Part shown: in pieces, positions 1 through 8,621 of the stretch
Numbering within the stretch: position 1 is the first letter of the stretch
Layout of the letters: each line of letters opens with the position of its first letter
Assembly: GCA_049424145.1 (NCBI GenBank)
Contig: JBMSSC010000006.1
Coordinates: 1-46,815, forward strand
Reading direction: 5' to 3'
Source of the DNA: Bdellovibrionia bacterium
GTDB taxonomy: Bacteria; Bdellovibrionota; UBA1018
DNA: 46,815 bases
The notes under the pieces: model-generated
Told to the model about the DNA's origin: nothing
Database searches by the model: none
Seen by the model: the letters and a program-made list of their open reading frames with translations, nothing else
Made by a program: the position numbers and the translations under genes

Positions 1-55
1 CGGACATGAATCGCCTTCGGGGAATCTCCCGCGTTCACGCCGGAGAGGATGTCAA
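1..55 (+). mobile_element. Right end (reRNA/omegaRNA 3' scaffold) of an IS200/IS605-family TnpB element, truncated by the window edge
   Basis: GGGAATCTCCCGCGTTCACGCCGGAGAGGATGTCAA follows the GGAATC-hairpin-GAGGATGTCAA pattern of IS605/IS1341 right ends, ending in TCAA at 52-55. Confidence 0.65.
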
Positions 56-254
56 AGGACAAAATCTTTAGCAGAGTCTTTCGTTTCGCTTCATGCTAGG
101 GTAAATTTTCATCTTCAATTAAACTGGGTTTTCCACCCAGGAGAAGGTCATCACGGGGCCCATCAGGCTACCCTGAGCGCCTTGGGTGTCCATTAAAATC
201 ACGCTCAGTAAACCTGAAGACCCAGCTCCATTCGGGCCTTCACTCACCACAGAT

Positions 255-731
255 CTAAGGCACAATAAACTGGCCTGTCATTCCCGTATACGCATCTTGG
301 AAGTCATACGTTCGGCCTCCTTCGGGAAAAGAGACGGCAAATGATGGCGCAGGTTGCCCTTCAGTCGGCATGAAGATTGGGGACGGCGCAAATCGAGACG
401 AGCCCGTGGGGACCACCTGATGCGCAAGACGTGCCCCAAAAGTGAAGAAAAATACCTTCGCCTCGGACGAGGGTAGGTGGCAAACCAAGGCCTCAGACGG
501 ACCATAAATCTTGTTATTCTCAGATGGGACCGTACAGCCACAGGTGACTTTGAAAAAACCGTCGCCGACTAAGACTTGGGCCTCTTGGGGGCCACACGGG
601 GCAGAAGTCAAGTTGAATTGATTCAAAAGGCTCGTTGGGGAACCACAGCCTAGGGCCCATGGACCTAAGCTCGCACTGAAAGCAAACCACCTTAAACTTC
701 TGGATCGGTTACATGATAAATCCCGTTTCAT
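255..731 (-). CDS. Hypothetical lipoprotein, possibly cupredoxin-like fold
   Basis: 158-aa ORF; signal peptide with ALGC lipobox; C-terminal YDFQDAYTGMTGQFIVP echoes the last strands of cupredoxins. Confidence 0.55.
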   Translation of the reverse strand: MKRDLSCNRSRSLRWFAFSASLGPWALGCGSPTSLLNQFNLTSAPCGPQEAQVLVGDGFFKVTCGCTVPSENNKIYGPSEALVCHLPSSEAKVFFFTFGARLAHQVVPTGSSRFAPSPIFMPTEGQPAPSFAVSFPEGGRTYDFQDAYTGMTGQFIVP

Positions 732-837
732 CTGGCTCAGAGTACCCTACTCCAAACTGGGTTGTACAATTTATTATGCGCTGAGCAAAAAAACACTCGC
801 AAAAGCTCAGGGATTCTGCTAGCACCGTTACTTCATT

Positions 838-915
838 GGACCCGTAGCTCAGTTGGATTAGAGCGTCAGACTACGGATCTGAAGGTCACAGGTTCGAGCC
901 CTGTCGGGTCCGCCA
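838..915 (+). tRNA. tRNA-Arg (anticodon ACG)
   Basis: GGACCCG/CGGGTCC acceptor stem, TCAGA-CTACGGA-TCTGA anticodon arm, GGTTCGAGCC T-arm, encoded CCA. Confidence 0.97.
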
Positions 916-923
916 TTTAAAAT

Positions 924-960
924 CGCCGGCGAAGCGCAAGCTAAGTCGGCGTTTTTATTT
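924..960 (+). terminator. Rho-independent terminator after tRNA-Arg
   Basis: CGCCGGC...GTCGGCG stem followed by TTTTTATTT. Confidence 0.6.
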
Positions 961-1030
961 TGGATAGTGCATGGACTCCAAATACTTGACCTTTTTGTTT
1001 TAAATCTACCTATTCACCCACCATCAACCG

Positions 1031-1209
1031 TGAAGAGCCGCCATTTGCGGGTCATCAGGGGTAACTCTACCTCTTCTTAAACTGAAACGGTCCGATCAAA
1101 TGAACTTCAATCGATCGTCCGGTGAGACAGGGACCACAAGGAGAGCTGGGTCTTTCTAGAGAGCTTGTGCTCAGTAGAGTTAGTGAAATCATGGTCCGAA
1201 AAGCTTTCA
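1031..1209 (+). ncRNA. Candidate structured RNA, 6S RNA-like long hairpin
   Basis: Nested pairings 1031-1038/1203-1209, 1048-1055/1191-1198 (two G-U, favouring +), 1062-1070/1174-1182, 1089-1093/1131-1135; about 180 nt; TTGACC at 986-991 upstream. Confidence 0.4.
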
Positions 1210-1423
1210 AAATAGAATTCATATTTCATTTTTTTCTCTTTAAAAGATTCGCATCTTATTTTTTATGTCTATTTAACTGAAATGTAAGATCAATCTTATC
1301 TCTAGGTTCAATAATCCATTCTTTTCTTCTCGACTCCTGGACTTCCTAATTGACCGATCATTTCATAAAGTGTACCTAGAATTCTGGTATATTTTTGAGG
1401 TACTCCAACCCTGGAAATACTTT

Positions 1424-2476
1424 ATGAAAACGAGTCACGAACCAAGCCTGCTTAAAAATTTAATTTGGTACTCTCGATTGCGAAGCACTGCGTTTGCAAT
1501 GCAGTACTGGACATTAAACAGACTCTCTGAGCTTATTGGATTTAAGACGCCGATAGCTTACGAAGAAAAAGAACTCCTTTTAGAAATTCGAAAAGAACTA
1601 GACCAACTCCTTTTGGCAGACGTGGGTCGAATTATTCAAGGGGTATATCCACCTTCAGTTTTGATGCCTGAGCTTTCTCTGCATGCACTAAAAACTCTAC
1701 CTCGAGTCGTCTTAGATACTTTTCGAATAGGGAAAAGAAGGACTCAAGGAGTTGCCAAAGAATTCACAGAGTCCGCGAGAAACAGTTTCTATGAACTCCC
1801 TGAATACTATTTGAGAAATTTTCATTTCCAAACGAACGGTTATTTGGGCGAAGACTCTGCTCGAGTCTATGACTATGAAGTTGAGCTGCTTTTCTCTGGC
1901 GCAGCCGATGCGATGAGAAGGTTGATCATTTCACCGATGAAAGAACGGTTTAAAGATTCGCCCGATGGGAAAGGGCTGAAATTTTTAGAAATCGGAGCCG
2001 GCACAGGTCGCGCCACGAAGTTCGTCCAATTAGCGTTTCCAAAAGCCCGGATCATTGCTTTGGATTTAAGCGACTCTTATCTAAAAGTGGCCCGGAGAAA
2101 TCTAGATTCGTTTAAAAGAATCAGTTTTTTACATGGCGATGGGGCTGCTTTACCTTTCAGAAATGAAGAGTTCGATGCGATCTACTCCGTATTTCTCTTT
2201 CACGAGATGCCGCTAGAAATCCGAACCGAGGTGATGAAAGAAAGTATTCGGGTTTTGAAAAATAAAGGGCTACTCGGTTTTGTGGACTCTCTTCAATTAG
2301 AAGACAACCCGCAATTTGATAAATTCCTAAAAGATTTTCCAAAGAATTTTCATGAGCCCTTTTATCATAATTATATTCATTCCTCGATGCGGGAGCTTTT
2401 TGAACAATTCCAATTAAGTCAGATTCAGTTCGGAGTGGGCATGCTGTCCAAGTTTGGTACTGGACTTAAAAAATAA
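1424..2476 (+). CDS. Class I SAM-dependent methyltransferase
   Basis: LEIGAGTG motif I, ALDLS, GDGAALPF, VFLFHE; ATG 1424 preferred over GTG 1370. Confidence 0.9.
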   Translation: MKTSHEPSLLKNLIWYSRLRSTAFAMQYWTLNRLSELIGFKTPIAYEEKELLLEIRKELDQLLLADVGRIIQGVYPPSVLMPELSLHALKTLPRVVLDTFRIGKRRTQGVAKEFTESARNSFYELPEYYLRNFHFQTNGYLGEDSARVYDYEVELLFSGAADAMRRLIISPMKERFKDSPDGKGLKFLEIGAGTGRATKFVQLAFPKARIIALDLSDSYLKVARRNLDSFKRISFLHGDGAALPFRNEEFDAIYSVFLFHEMPLEIRTEVMKESIRVLKNKGLLGFVDSLQLEDNPQFDKFLKDFPKNFHEPFYHNYIHSSMRELFEQFQLSQIQFGVGMLSKFGTGLKK

Positions 2477-2513
2477 ATTGGTTCTTGGAGTAGCCAAACG
2501 TGTTGTTGAATGG

Positions 2514-2532
2514 GAGACCGTAATGCGGTCTC
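2514..2532 (+). terminator. Possible terminator hairpin
   Basis: GAGACCG-TAATG-CGGTCTC perfect 7-bp stem after the methyltransferase; weak U tract. Confidence 0.35.
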
Positions 2533-2895
2533 TGTCGATCATTTGAGATGGTTTGAGCACGAGTTCTTTGGAGGGGGCCCATGATTCGCCCTACTTGTCC
2601 AGTCGACTCGTGCTCGATACACTGGGTGAGAGCGCGGCCCTCTTAGTGACTCGGTGCTTTTTCATGAGGAGTGATCCACTTTTTTACTGGCAAGGACAAT
2701 ACACTAGAAACGACTTGTTCGTCTTTTTGTCTGATCAGCAACCGATTCGTTTTGTTGCGCTTGGAGTCTTTTTTGGGTGCATTCTAAGTTTTTATTTTTG
2801 TTGATTTTTTCTCTTTTTCAACAAACGGGATTAGACCACTTTTGAGCTTGGATATTGCTCATGATCAATCCCTAAATCAGGCAAAATTTTCCCTC

Positions 2896-2922
2896 TTTAG
2901 CCCCTCTGTGGCTGACCGATAG
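2896..2922 (+). promoter_or_regulatory. Putative sigma28 (FliA)-like promoter
   Basis: TTTA-N15-ACCGATAG versus consensus TAAA-N15-GCCGATAA, just upstream of ORF 2933. Confidence 0.45.
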
Positions 2923-2932
2923 GTTTAGTAGC

Positions 2933-3217
2933 ATGGAGGCTAAAAACATGAAAAAGCAATTCAAGACGAAGAAAAATCAAGGGCAGGACAAGCGTTCCAA
3001 GAAAAATCGGATCGCTTCACAATCAAAGCCCATTCAAACCGATTCTGTAACCGATAACCCCCAAGAGGTCGAAGTGCTTTATCAAAAGCTCGGGGATCGT
3101 TGGTTTGCTTTTTCACTGTTAGATGACGAGGTGTTTTTTGGCTCCATTCATCCCGTTGAGCTCGATCCCAAGAGTCAGGTGATTCGATCTGAACTCAGTG
3201 GGATTAAACGCAAATGA
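2933..3217 (+). CDS. Hypothetical protein
   Basis: 94-aa ORF, basic N-terminus, EVLYQKLGDRWFAFS core; GGAGG precedes an alternative ATG at 2948-2950 region; overlaps next ORF (ATGA). Confidence 0.65.
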   Translation: MEAKNMKKQFKTKKNQGQDKRSKKNRIASQSKPIQTDSVTDNPQEVEVLYQKLGDRWFAFSLLDDEVFFGSIHPVELDPKSQVIRSELSGIKRK

Positions 3218-3438
3218 GTCATCGAGTGAGAAAGCAGACTGAGGCACCGGCTGAGCCCGTCTTGAAGAAAAAAGAGGGTAGGTCTGAAAGTGCTGCTCAG
3301 GCGAAGCAGGAGATTGAAATTCTCAATCAAAAGATTGCAGAGTGGGTATCTAAGGATCCTGAGAAAGCAGCTCTAATCATTTCACAATGGATTCACGGTG
3401 AGCAGTTTCAAGGCAATAAGACCGGAAGAAAAAAATAG
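3214..3438 (+). CDS. Small protein resembling the FliF C-terminal FliG-binding segment
   Basis: 74 aa; KIAEWVSKDPEKAALIISQWI resembles the FliF C-terminal 'DPE.AA.hh..W' helix pair; ATGA coupling to upstream ORF. Confidence 0.55.
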   Translation: MSHRVRKQTEAPAEPVLKKKEGRSESAAQAKQEIEILNQKIAEWVSKDPEKAALIISQWIHGEQFQGNKTGRKK

Positions 3439-3511
3439 TTCCAATTTGGAATTTAAGGCTTTTTCTTCATGGAATTGGGCTCGAATTTTTCGTATTCATT
3501 TTCAAAATGAG

Positions 3512-3577
3512 ATCCCTAGAGAGACGCAGTTACCCGGGAGTTACAGGGTAACTGCGTCTCTCTAGGGATTTTTTTTA
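3512..3577 (+). terminator. Perfect 24-bp inverted repeat with 10-nt loop followed by T tract
   Basis: ATCCCTAGAGAGACGCAGTTACCC (3512-3535) / GGGTAACTGCGTCTCTCTAGGGAT (3546-3569), then T run. Confidence 0.75.
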
Positions 3578-3667
3578 TCTTTCTCTCTCTTTCTTTCTCT
3601 CTCTTTCTTTTTCTCTCTTTCTTTTTCTCTCTTTCTTTTTCTCTCTTTCTTTTTCTCTCTTTCTCTA
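3578..3667. repeat. Polypyrimidine tandem repeat, 14-bp unit CTCTCTTTCTTTTT
   Basis: Four exact units from 3599 plus degenerate flanking units; about 90 nt of only C/T. Confidence 0.9.
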
Positions 3668-3948
3668 ATTTTTAAATAAAATCAACCTAGGTATTCGAAC
3701 CGTGAAATAGGGGAGTGGAACCCTAGATACGGGGATCAAGCGGATTTTTTTTTGGAGCTTCAAGCGCGCGGCCTAGGGAGCTAGTTGAGCAGCAGGAATG
3801 ATCCCGCTTGGGTGAGGCATTTCAAGTTGACGAGGGTGTGCGTCGATTGCAGTCATGTGCGATGTTGCTCATATTGAGCGAATTGACAGAGGAAGAAGTT
3901 GGTTTTTGGGAGATTTTGTTGCGGTGCTTTTTTGGAGCTCTTCTTAAA

Positions 3949-3985
3949 TAACCCAGGCAAAACGGATGTCGTTTTGCCTGGGTTA
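3949..3985 (-). terminator. Terminator hairpin downstream of the PilZ gene
   Basis: TAACCCAGGCAAAACG-GATGT-CGTTTTGCCTGGGTTA, perfect 16-bp stem 5 nt past the stop codon. Confidence 0.75.
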
Positions 3986-3990
3986 CAAGA

Positions 3991-4476
3991 TTACAGGTAA
4001 AATGCGCTTGCTTTCCCTAAGTCGCGATGAGCAAACAGGGCATATTGCTTGAGGAATCGAACAAAGAGTTGATATGCCTGGTAGGCTTTAATGGATTGAT
4101 CGACTTGGCATCCATAGCGAATGGTGCGTACGTTGTTTTCGATCGATGGCCGTGCGTTAACGATTTTGACAAAGATTTCTAGGTAGGTATCTTGGCTAAA
4201 ATAGATTCGAAGGGGAATCTCGTCATTTTTGATGGGGTTTTCAGAAGTGGGGTCCAATGGAACCTGAAACGAGCAGCCGTCTTCACTGAGTTCAATTAAG
4301 TCAACGGGATAGGGTTTTGAGTCTTTCCCAACAGAATAAACGGCGACTAGGTTTCTAAAGAGGATTCTTTCAGTCCTTCGGCGCTTTTGCTCTAATTTTT
4401 TCTCACGCACTTCATTAAAATCCACTACCCGTGTTTCGCTCTCCTGCGCCTTTGGGTTTCCAGTCCTTTGGTTCAT
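3991..4476 (-). CDS. PilZ domain protein (c-di-GMP receptor)
   Basis: RRRTER (RxxxR) and ELSEDG (D/NxSxxG-like) motifs; ATG 4476 with GGAGG upstream. Confidence 0.8.
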   Translation of the reverse strand: MNQRTGNPKAQESETRVVDFNEVREKKLEQKRRRTERILFRNLVAVYSVGKDSKPYPVDLIELSEDGCSFQVPLDPTSENPIKNDEIPLRIYFSQDTYLEIFVKIVNARPSIENNVRTIRYGCQVDQSIKAYQAYQLFVRFLKQYALFAHRDLGKASAFYL

Positions 4477-4496
4477 GTTTGAATCCTCCAACAGAT

Positions 4497-4524
4497 CTAT
4501 CGGAAGCAAGTTGGAGGCCCTCAA
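4497..4524 (-). promoter_or_regulatory. Putative sigma28-like promoter for the PilZ gene
   Basis: TGAG-N15-TCCGATAG on the minus strand about 20 nt upstream of the ATG. Confidence 0.4.
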
Positions 4525-4575
4525 GAGGAAATTTTTTCACTGAAGCACGATTTTTTGAGATCCCTGTTCCCGTTT

Positions 4576-6126
4576 TTATTGGGTTTTTTCTCTACGAGGG
4601 GCGGTAGGGATGTTTTTTTCAGCCTCATCAATCTGGCCGTGCAACGAGAGGAGTTGGTCATGGATTAAACTCTTGCTATCCTCGAGCTCCTTGGCAAGCA
4701 GTTTTGGCGCTTGAGCACTTTTGAAGGTTTGATCCTCTAAATCATGAATCTTTTGGACCGAGGCAGCAAGCGATTGGATGTCCTCATAAATGGAACCATA
4801 ATAAAATTGGTTTTCAAAGGTCTCAGTTGTCCATTGGGAGAAGATTTGGGTGAGATTGGCTTGAAGTTTCATCCACTTTGCATGAAAGGGATCCCATTTT
4901 TTCTTCAGCTTTAAAGTGGCAAACTGAGCTTGGCTGGTTTTTAGCTGCTCCTCAAGCGTACTGAGGTACTCCTTGAGCTCTCGGATCTCTCCTTGAGCTT
5001 TTTCGTGAAGCCTTCTTTGGTACTCTTGAAGGCTGCTCATGTAGTACTCGTCCTTGGGGCCACCCAGAAAATAGGTCTTAAATCCAATGACTTGCTCCGT
5101 CTCATCTTTTCCGAGAGGAGAATTGGCCAAGGGGATTAAGGAAATCCGGGGAATTAGATCCTGAAGACCGGGGAGTTGGGTTTGAGCTGCAGAAATGGCC
5201 ACTACATACTCTCCGCGAGTCAGCGGTTTTCCATTCTCCAGGCTCAGCGTACCGCTTCGAGCCATTCGATGGTTGAAGATGACTTCCACTTCCGATTCAA
5301 ACGAGTGGAGACTTAATAGCGTCTCTGGAACGCCGGCAATCTTCACATGAAGCGCAAACCCATCCGGAACGTTCGCAGCAAAAACGAGCTCAGGAAATAG
5401 CGGATCCCCTTGAAGTAAGCCGATGGCAAAGCGAGGGCCAACTTTTTTAAGATTGGCTTTGGCCGCTGTCTTAAACTCAGATCTTTCGGCTTCGATAAGG
5501 TTCAGCTCGGGTAAAATATAAACCCAGTTGCCCACTTCGGGGAACTGATCCGTTAGTGAGGTCAGGGCTCTCTGCTTCCAGTTTTGAGCAGAGGTGAGAG
5601 CTTCAGGGTGGGTGTAGAAAAAGAATGAGGCACTGCCCAAAGCTAGAACGCTTAAAGTGGCAAGTAGCTTGGTTTTGCTCCAAGAAGGAAAAGATCGATT
5701 GAGCCAGGACGGAGTTTTGATCAAAGCCGCTGGGGTCTCTGATTTTTGATGGTCGGCATGCGCCTCCAGAGCTTGCTCCTCAGGGGAGTCGGTTTCTGAC
5801 TCCTCGAGGGTCGGCTCGTGGGTGAGTCTCTCCTGCTCTGAGTCATTGGAGATGGGAAAGGTTTTTTCCCCAGCATAAGAGGTTTTAAAGGGGTTCGTTG
5901 ACTCAGCAGTGAAGCGAGATGTTGCATTTTTAAATTCATGGAGAGCTTCGGTGAACTGAGGTGAGTTAGCCGCAATCTTCCAATCCGGCATCCCTTCTCT
6001 CCAAATGTAGGTGTGCTCAAGGGATAGTCCTGCATCCAGGCGGGTCTGTAGTTCCTCAATAGAGAACGGACCTTCATGCTTTTCTTTGACAAACACGAAC
6101 CATTTTTTCTCGATAAAATTGTCCAT
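4576..6126 (-). CDS. GYF_2/DUF4339 domain membrane protein with C-terminal coiled coil
   Basis: WFVFVKEKHEGPFS...YIWREGMPDWK N-terminal motif; one TM helix near residue 155-170. Confidence 0.8.
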   Translation of the reverse strand: MDNFIEKKWFVFVKEKHEGPFSIEELQTRLDAGLSLEHTYIWREGMPDWKIAANSPQFTEALHEFKNATSRFTAESTNPFKTSYAGEKTFPISNDSEQERLTHEPTLEESETDSPEEQALEAHADHQKSETPAALIKTPSWLNRSFPSWSKTKLLATLSVLALGSASFFFYTHPEALTSAQNWKQRALTSLTDQFPEVGNWVYILPELNLIEAERSEFKTAAKANLKKVGPRFAIGLLQGDPLFPELVFAANVPDGFALHVKIAGVPETLLSLHSFESEVEVIFNHRMARSGTLSLENGKPLTRGEYVVAISAAQTQLPGLQDLIPRISLIPLANSPLGKDETEQVIGFKTYFLGGPKDEYYMSSLQEYQRRLHEKAQGEIRELKEYLSTLEEQLKTSQAQFATLKLKKKWDPFHAKWMKLQANLTQIFSQWTTETFENQFYYGSIYEDIQSLAASVQKIHDLEDQTFKSAQAPKLLAKELEDSKSLIHDQLLSLHGQIDEAEKNIPTAPRREKTQ

Positions 6127-6162
6127 TTTTTTATTTTCCAGGTAAAAGTAATTTTATAGCAA

Positions 6163-7035
6163 ATGTTGGAGCGAATCAAATTTTGCATCATTGGAGTTTC
6201 AGATCACCAAGGGGTGATGGAAGTGGGAGGACGACTCGGGGCGTCGTTAGGACCAAAGGCGTTTCGTTCCGTGTTTCGTTCCTTGAGGGGCAGGCTCCCG
6301 ATTCAGCTCGGCACTGAGGATTTAGGCGATGTTCCAGGGCTCGGCAGTGATGTAGCTCGGAATCACGAATTGGCCTCCCAGTTTATTGCTCAAGCCCATG
6401 AGGAGTACTCCTGCTCGGTTGTGGTCGGAGGAGGACATGATCATGGATTCTCTCACTTGCAGGGAGTCTTTAACGCTCTGAGTAAAAAAAGGGGTCCCAA
6501 GAAGTGGACGCTGGGGTGCATTAATCTGGATGCTCACTTAGATGTCAGAAAACCTGCTCCTCGAATCACGAGCGGCTCGCCGTTTTATTTGGCACTTGAG
6601 TCAGGAATTTTAAAGCCGAAACATTTCATCGAATTTGGGATCCAGTCGCATTGTAACGCGCCTGAGCTCTGGGAGTATGTCCAAGCCCGTGGGGTGAGTG
6701 TGGTGCCTTTTCAAAAGCTCAGGGGAGGTCGGGCGGTCCCTCAGTTTAAAAAGAAGTTTGCGTATCTTCAAGCCCACTGTGATTTTATCGTGGTGAGCTT
6801 GGATTTAGATTCCCTCTCCCAAGCCTATGCTCCCGGTGTTTCCGCTCCACAAGCTGAGGGCTTTACGTCCTCCGAAATCATCGAAATGATGGAGTTTGCA
6901 GGCGCTCAAAAAGAGGCGTGTTCTTTGGGGGTTTTTGAACTCAATCCCTTGCATGATTCAGGAGAGAAAACCGCCCGGTTGGCTGCAACGGCGGCGTATC
7001 ATTTCTTAGAAAGTGCAGCTCAGAGGTCGTCATGA
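6163..7035 (+). CDS. hutG: Formimidoylglutamase (arginase family)
   Basis: GGR.GA..GP, GGGHD, NLDAHLD, SLDLD, APGVSAP motifs. Confidence 0.85.
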   Translation: MLERIKFCIIGVSDHQGVMEVGGRLGASLGPKAFRSVFRSLRGRLPIQLGTEDLGDVPGLGSDVARNHELASQFIAQAHEEYSCSVVVGGGHDHGFSHLQGVFNALSKKRGPKKWTLGCINLDAHLDVRKPAPRITSGSPFYLALESGILKPKHFIEFGIQSHCNAPELWEYVQARGVSVVPFQKLRGGRAVPQFKKKFAYLQAHCDFIVVSLDLDSLSQAYAPGVSAPQAEGFTSSEIIEMMEFAGAQKEACSLGVFELNPLHDSGEKTARLAATAAYHFLESAAQRSS

Positions 7036-7101
7036 GTCTTGGGCTTAAGGCTCGATGGGGTGAACAACACCCCGGCTTCATCTTATTGAAGGGGTTCCCA
7101 A

Positions 7102-8598
7102 ATGGACTATATCCTAGCAATTGATCAAGGCACTACCGGTACCACGGCGTTTGTTGTGGATCGAAACTTACATGAAGTGGCTCAGGCGAGTGTGGATTTT
7201 GATCAGTGCTTTCCTAAGCCGGGTTGGGTGGAGCATGATTTGACAGCGATTGATCGCTCGGTGGTGCAAGCCGTGGGTCAGGCGGTTCAAGGCTTAGACT
7301 CCAAGCGGATCGCAGCCATTGGGATCACCAATCAGCGTGAGACGCTGTGTTTTTGGGATAAAAAAACGAATCAGCCGCTGGGGCGAGCCATTGTTTGGCA
7401 GGACCGTAGAACGTCTGAGCGTTGTGAGTGGCTCAAAAGTCAGGGTTTGGAGCCTGCTTTTCAAAAGGCAACAGGACTGCTTTTGGATCCCTATTTCTCA
7501 GGCACGAAAGCCGCGTGGGCTTTAGAGAATTGGTCGGAGGTGAAGGCGGCTCACCAAGCCGGGCGACTGGCTGCGGGTACGGTGGATAGTTACTTACTTG
7601 CGCGGCTGTCCTCTGGTGCAGTGCATGCGACGGAGTCGAGTAACGCCTCACGCACCTTGTGCTTTGATTTAAACCAGCTTCAGTTTTCTTCTCAGTTGTG
7701 TGAAACCCTGGGGGTTCCTCTTGAGATTTGGCCTGAGGTGCATCCGTCGGTGGGAACGTTTGCCAAGACCCGAGGTTTTCCTGGCCTCGCCGATGGAATT
7801 CCCATCACCGGTATTTTAGGGGATCAGCAGTCGGCGTTGATGGGGCAAGCCTGCTTGAGGGAAGGGTCTGCTAAATGTACCTATGGCACTGGGGCATTTT
7901 TACTGTTAAACACGGGTAAAAAACCGGCTTGGAGTCAGCACCGGCTCCTCACCACAGTGGCTTGGACGCTGAAGCCCGGAGATACGACTTATGCTTTAGA
8001 AGGGAGTGCATTTATTGCAGGCGCCGCGGTTCAATGGGTTCGCGATGGGCTCAGGTGGATTCGGGAATCCTCAGAGATTGAGAGTCTGGCCGCGTCGGTC
8101 CCCAGTACGGACGGGGTGGTCTTTGTTCCTGCTTTAACGGGTTTTGGTGCTCCTCATTGGGATCCTAATGCAACAGGCTTGTTTACGGGCATCACGCGAG
8201 GCACGACCCAAGCTCACATGGCTCGTGCTGTTTTAGAGGGGATCGCGTTTCAGAATGTGGAGATTTTAGAGGCGATGCAAAAAGACCTGGGACAGCCCTT
8301 GACTCAGATGAACGTGGATGGTGGAGCTTCAGCCAATGACTTGCTCATGCAGTTTCAAGCGGATGTTCTGAACTTAACCCTAAGACGACCCAAAGTGAGG
8401 GAAACCACGAGTCTTGGAGCCGTGTTTGCCGCAGGCTTAGGAGCTAAGATTTGGACGGATTTAAGTGAGATTGAGAAAACCTGGCAGGAAGATCGTGCGT
8501 TTCATCCTCAGTACTCTCAAGCTCAAAGACAAGAGGCATTTACCCGCTGGAGGCAAGCCGTCAAGCGAACCTTGCTCCATTCGGGCAATTCAATATGA
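7102..8598 (+). CDS. glpK: Glycerol kinase
   Basis: IDQGTTGT, GITNQRET, WQDRRT, DPYFSGTK, GDQQSAL, KCTYGTG, YALEGS. Confidence 0.97.
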   Translation: MDYILAIDQGTTGTTAFVVDRNLHEVAQASVDFDQCFPKPGWVEHDLTAIDRSVVQAVGQAVQGLDSKRIAAIGITNQRETLCFWDKKTNQPLGRAIVWQDRRTSERCEWLKSQGLEPAFQKATGLLLDPYFSGTKAAWALENWSEVKAAHQAGRLAAGTVDSYLLARLSSGAVHATESSNASRTLCFDLNQLQFSSQLCETLGVPLEIWPEVHPSVGTFAKTRGFPGLADGIPITGILGDQQSALMGQACLREGSAKCTYGTGAFLLLNTGKKPAWSQHRLLTTVAWTLKPGDTTYALEGSAFIAGAAVQWVRDGLRWIRESSEIESLAASVPSTDGVVFVPALTGFGAPHWDPNATGLFTGITRGTTQAHMARAVLEGIAFQNVEILEAMQKDLGQPLTQMNVDGGASANDLLMQFQADVLNLTLRRPKVRETTSLGAVFAAGLGAKIWTDLSEIEKTWQEDRAFHPQYSQAQRQEAFTRWRQAVKRTLLHSGNSI

Positions 8599-8621
8599 GA
8601 AGTTAGGTGAGTTAAGTAAAG

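Noticed and set aside
2553..2804. 83-aa ORF
   Set aside because: TTG start without a clear RBS and no recognisable motif; cannot be supported.
3578..3667. CRISPR array
   Set aside because: Head-to-tail low-complexity units with no spacers.
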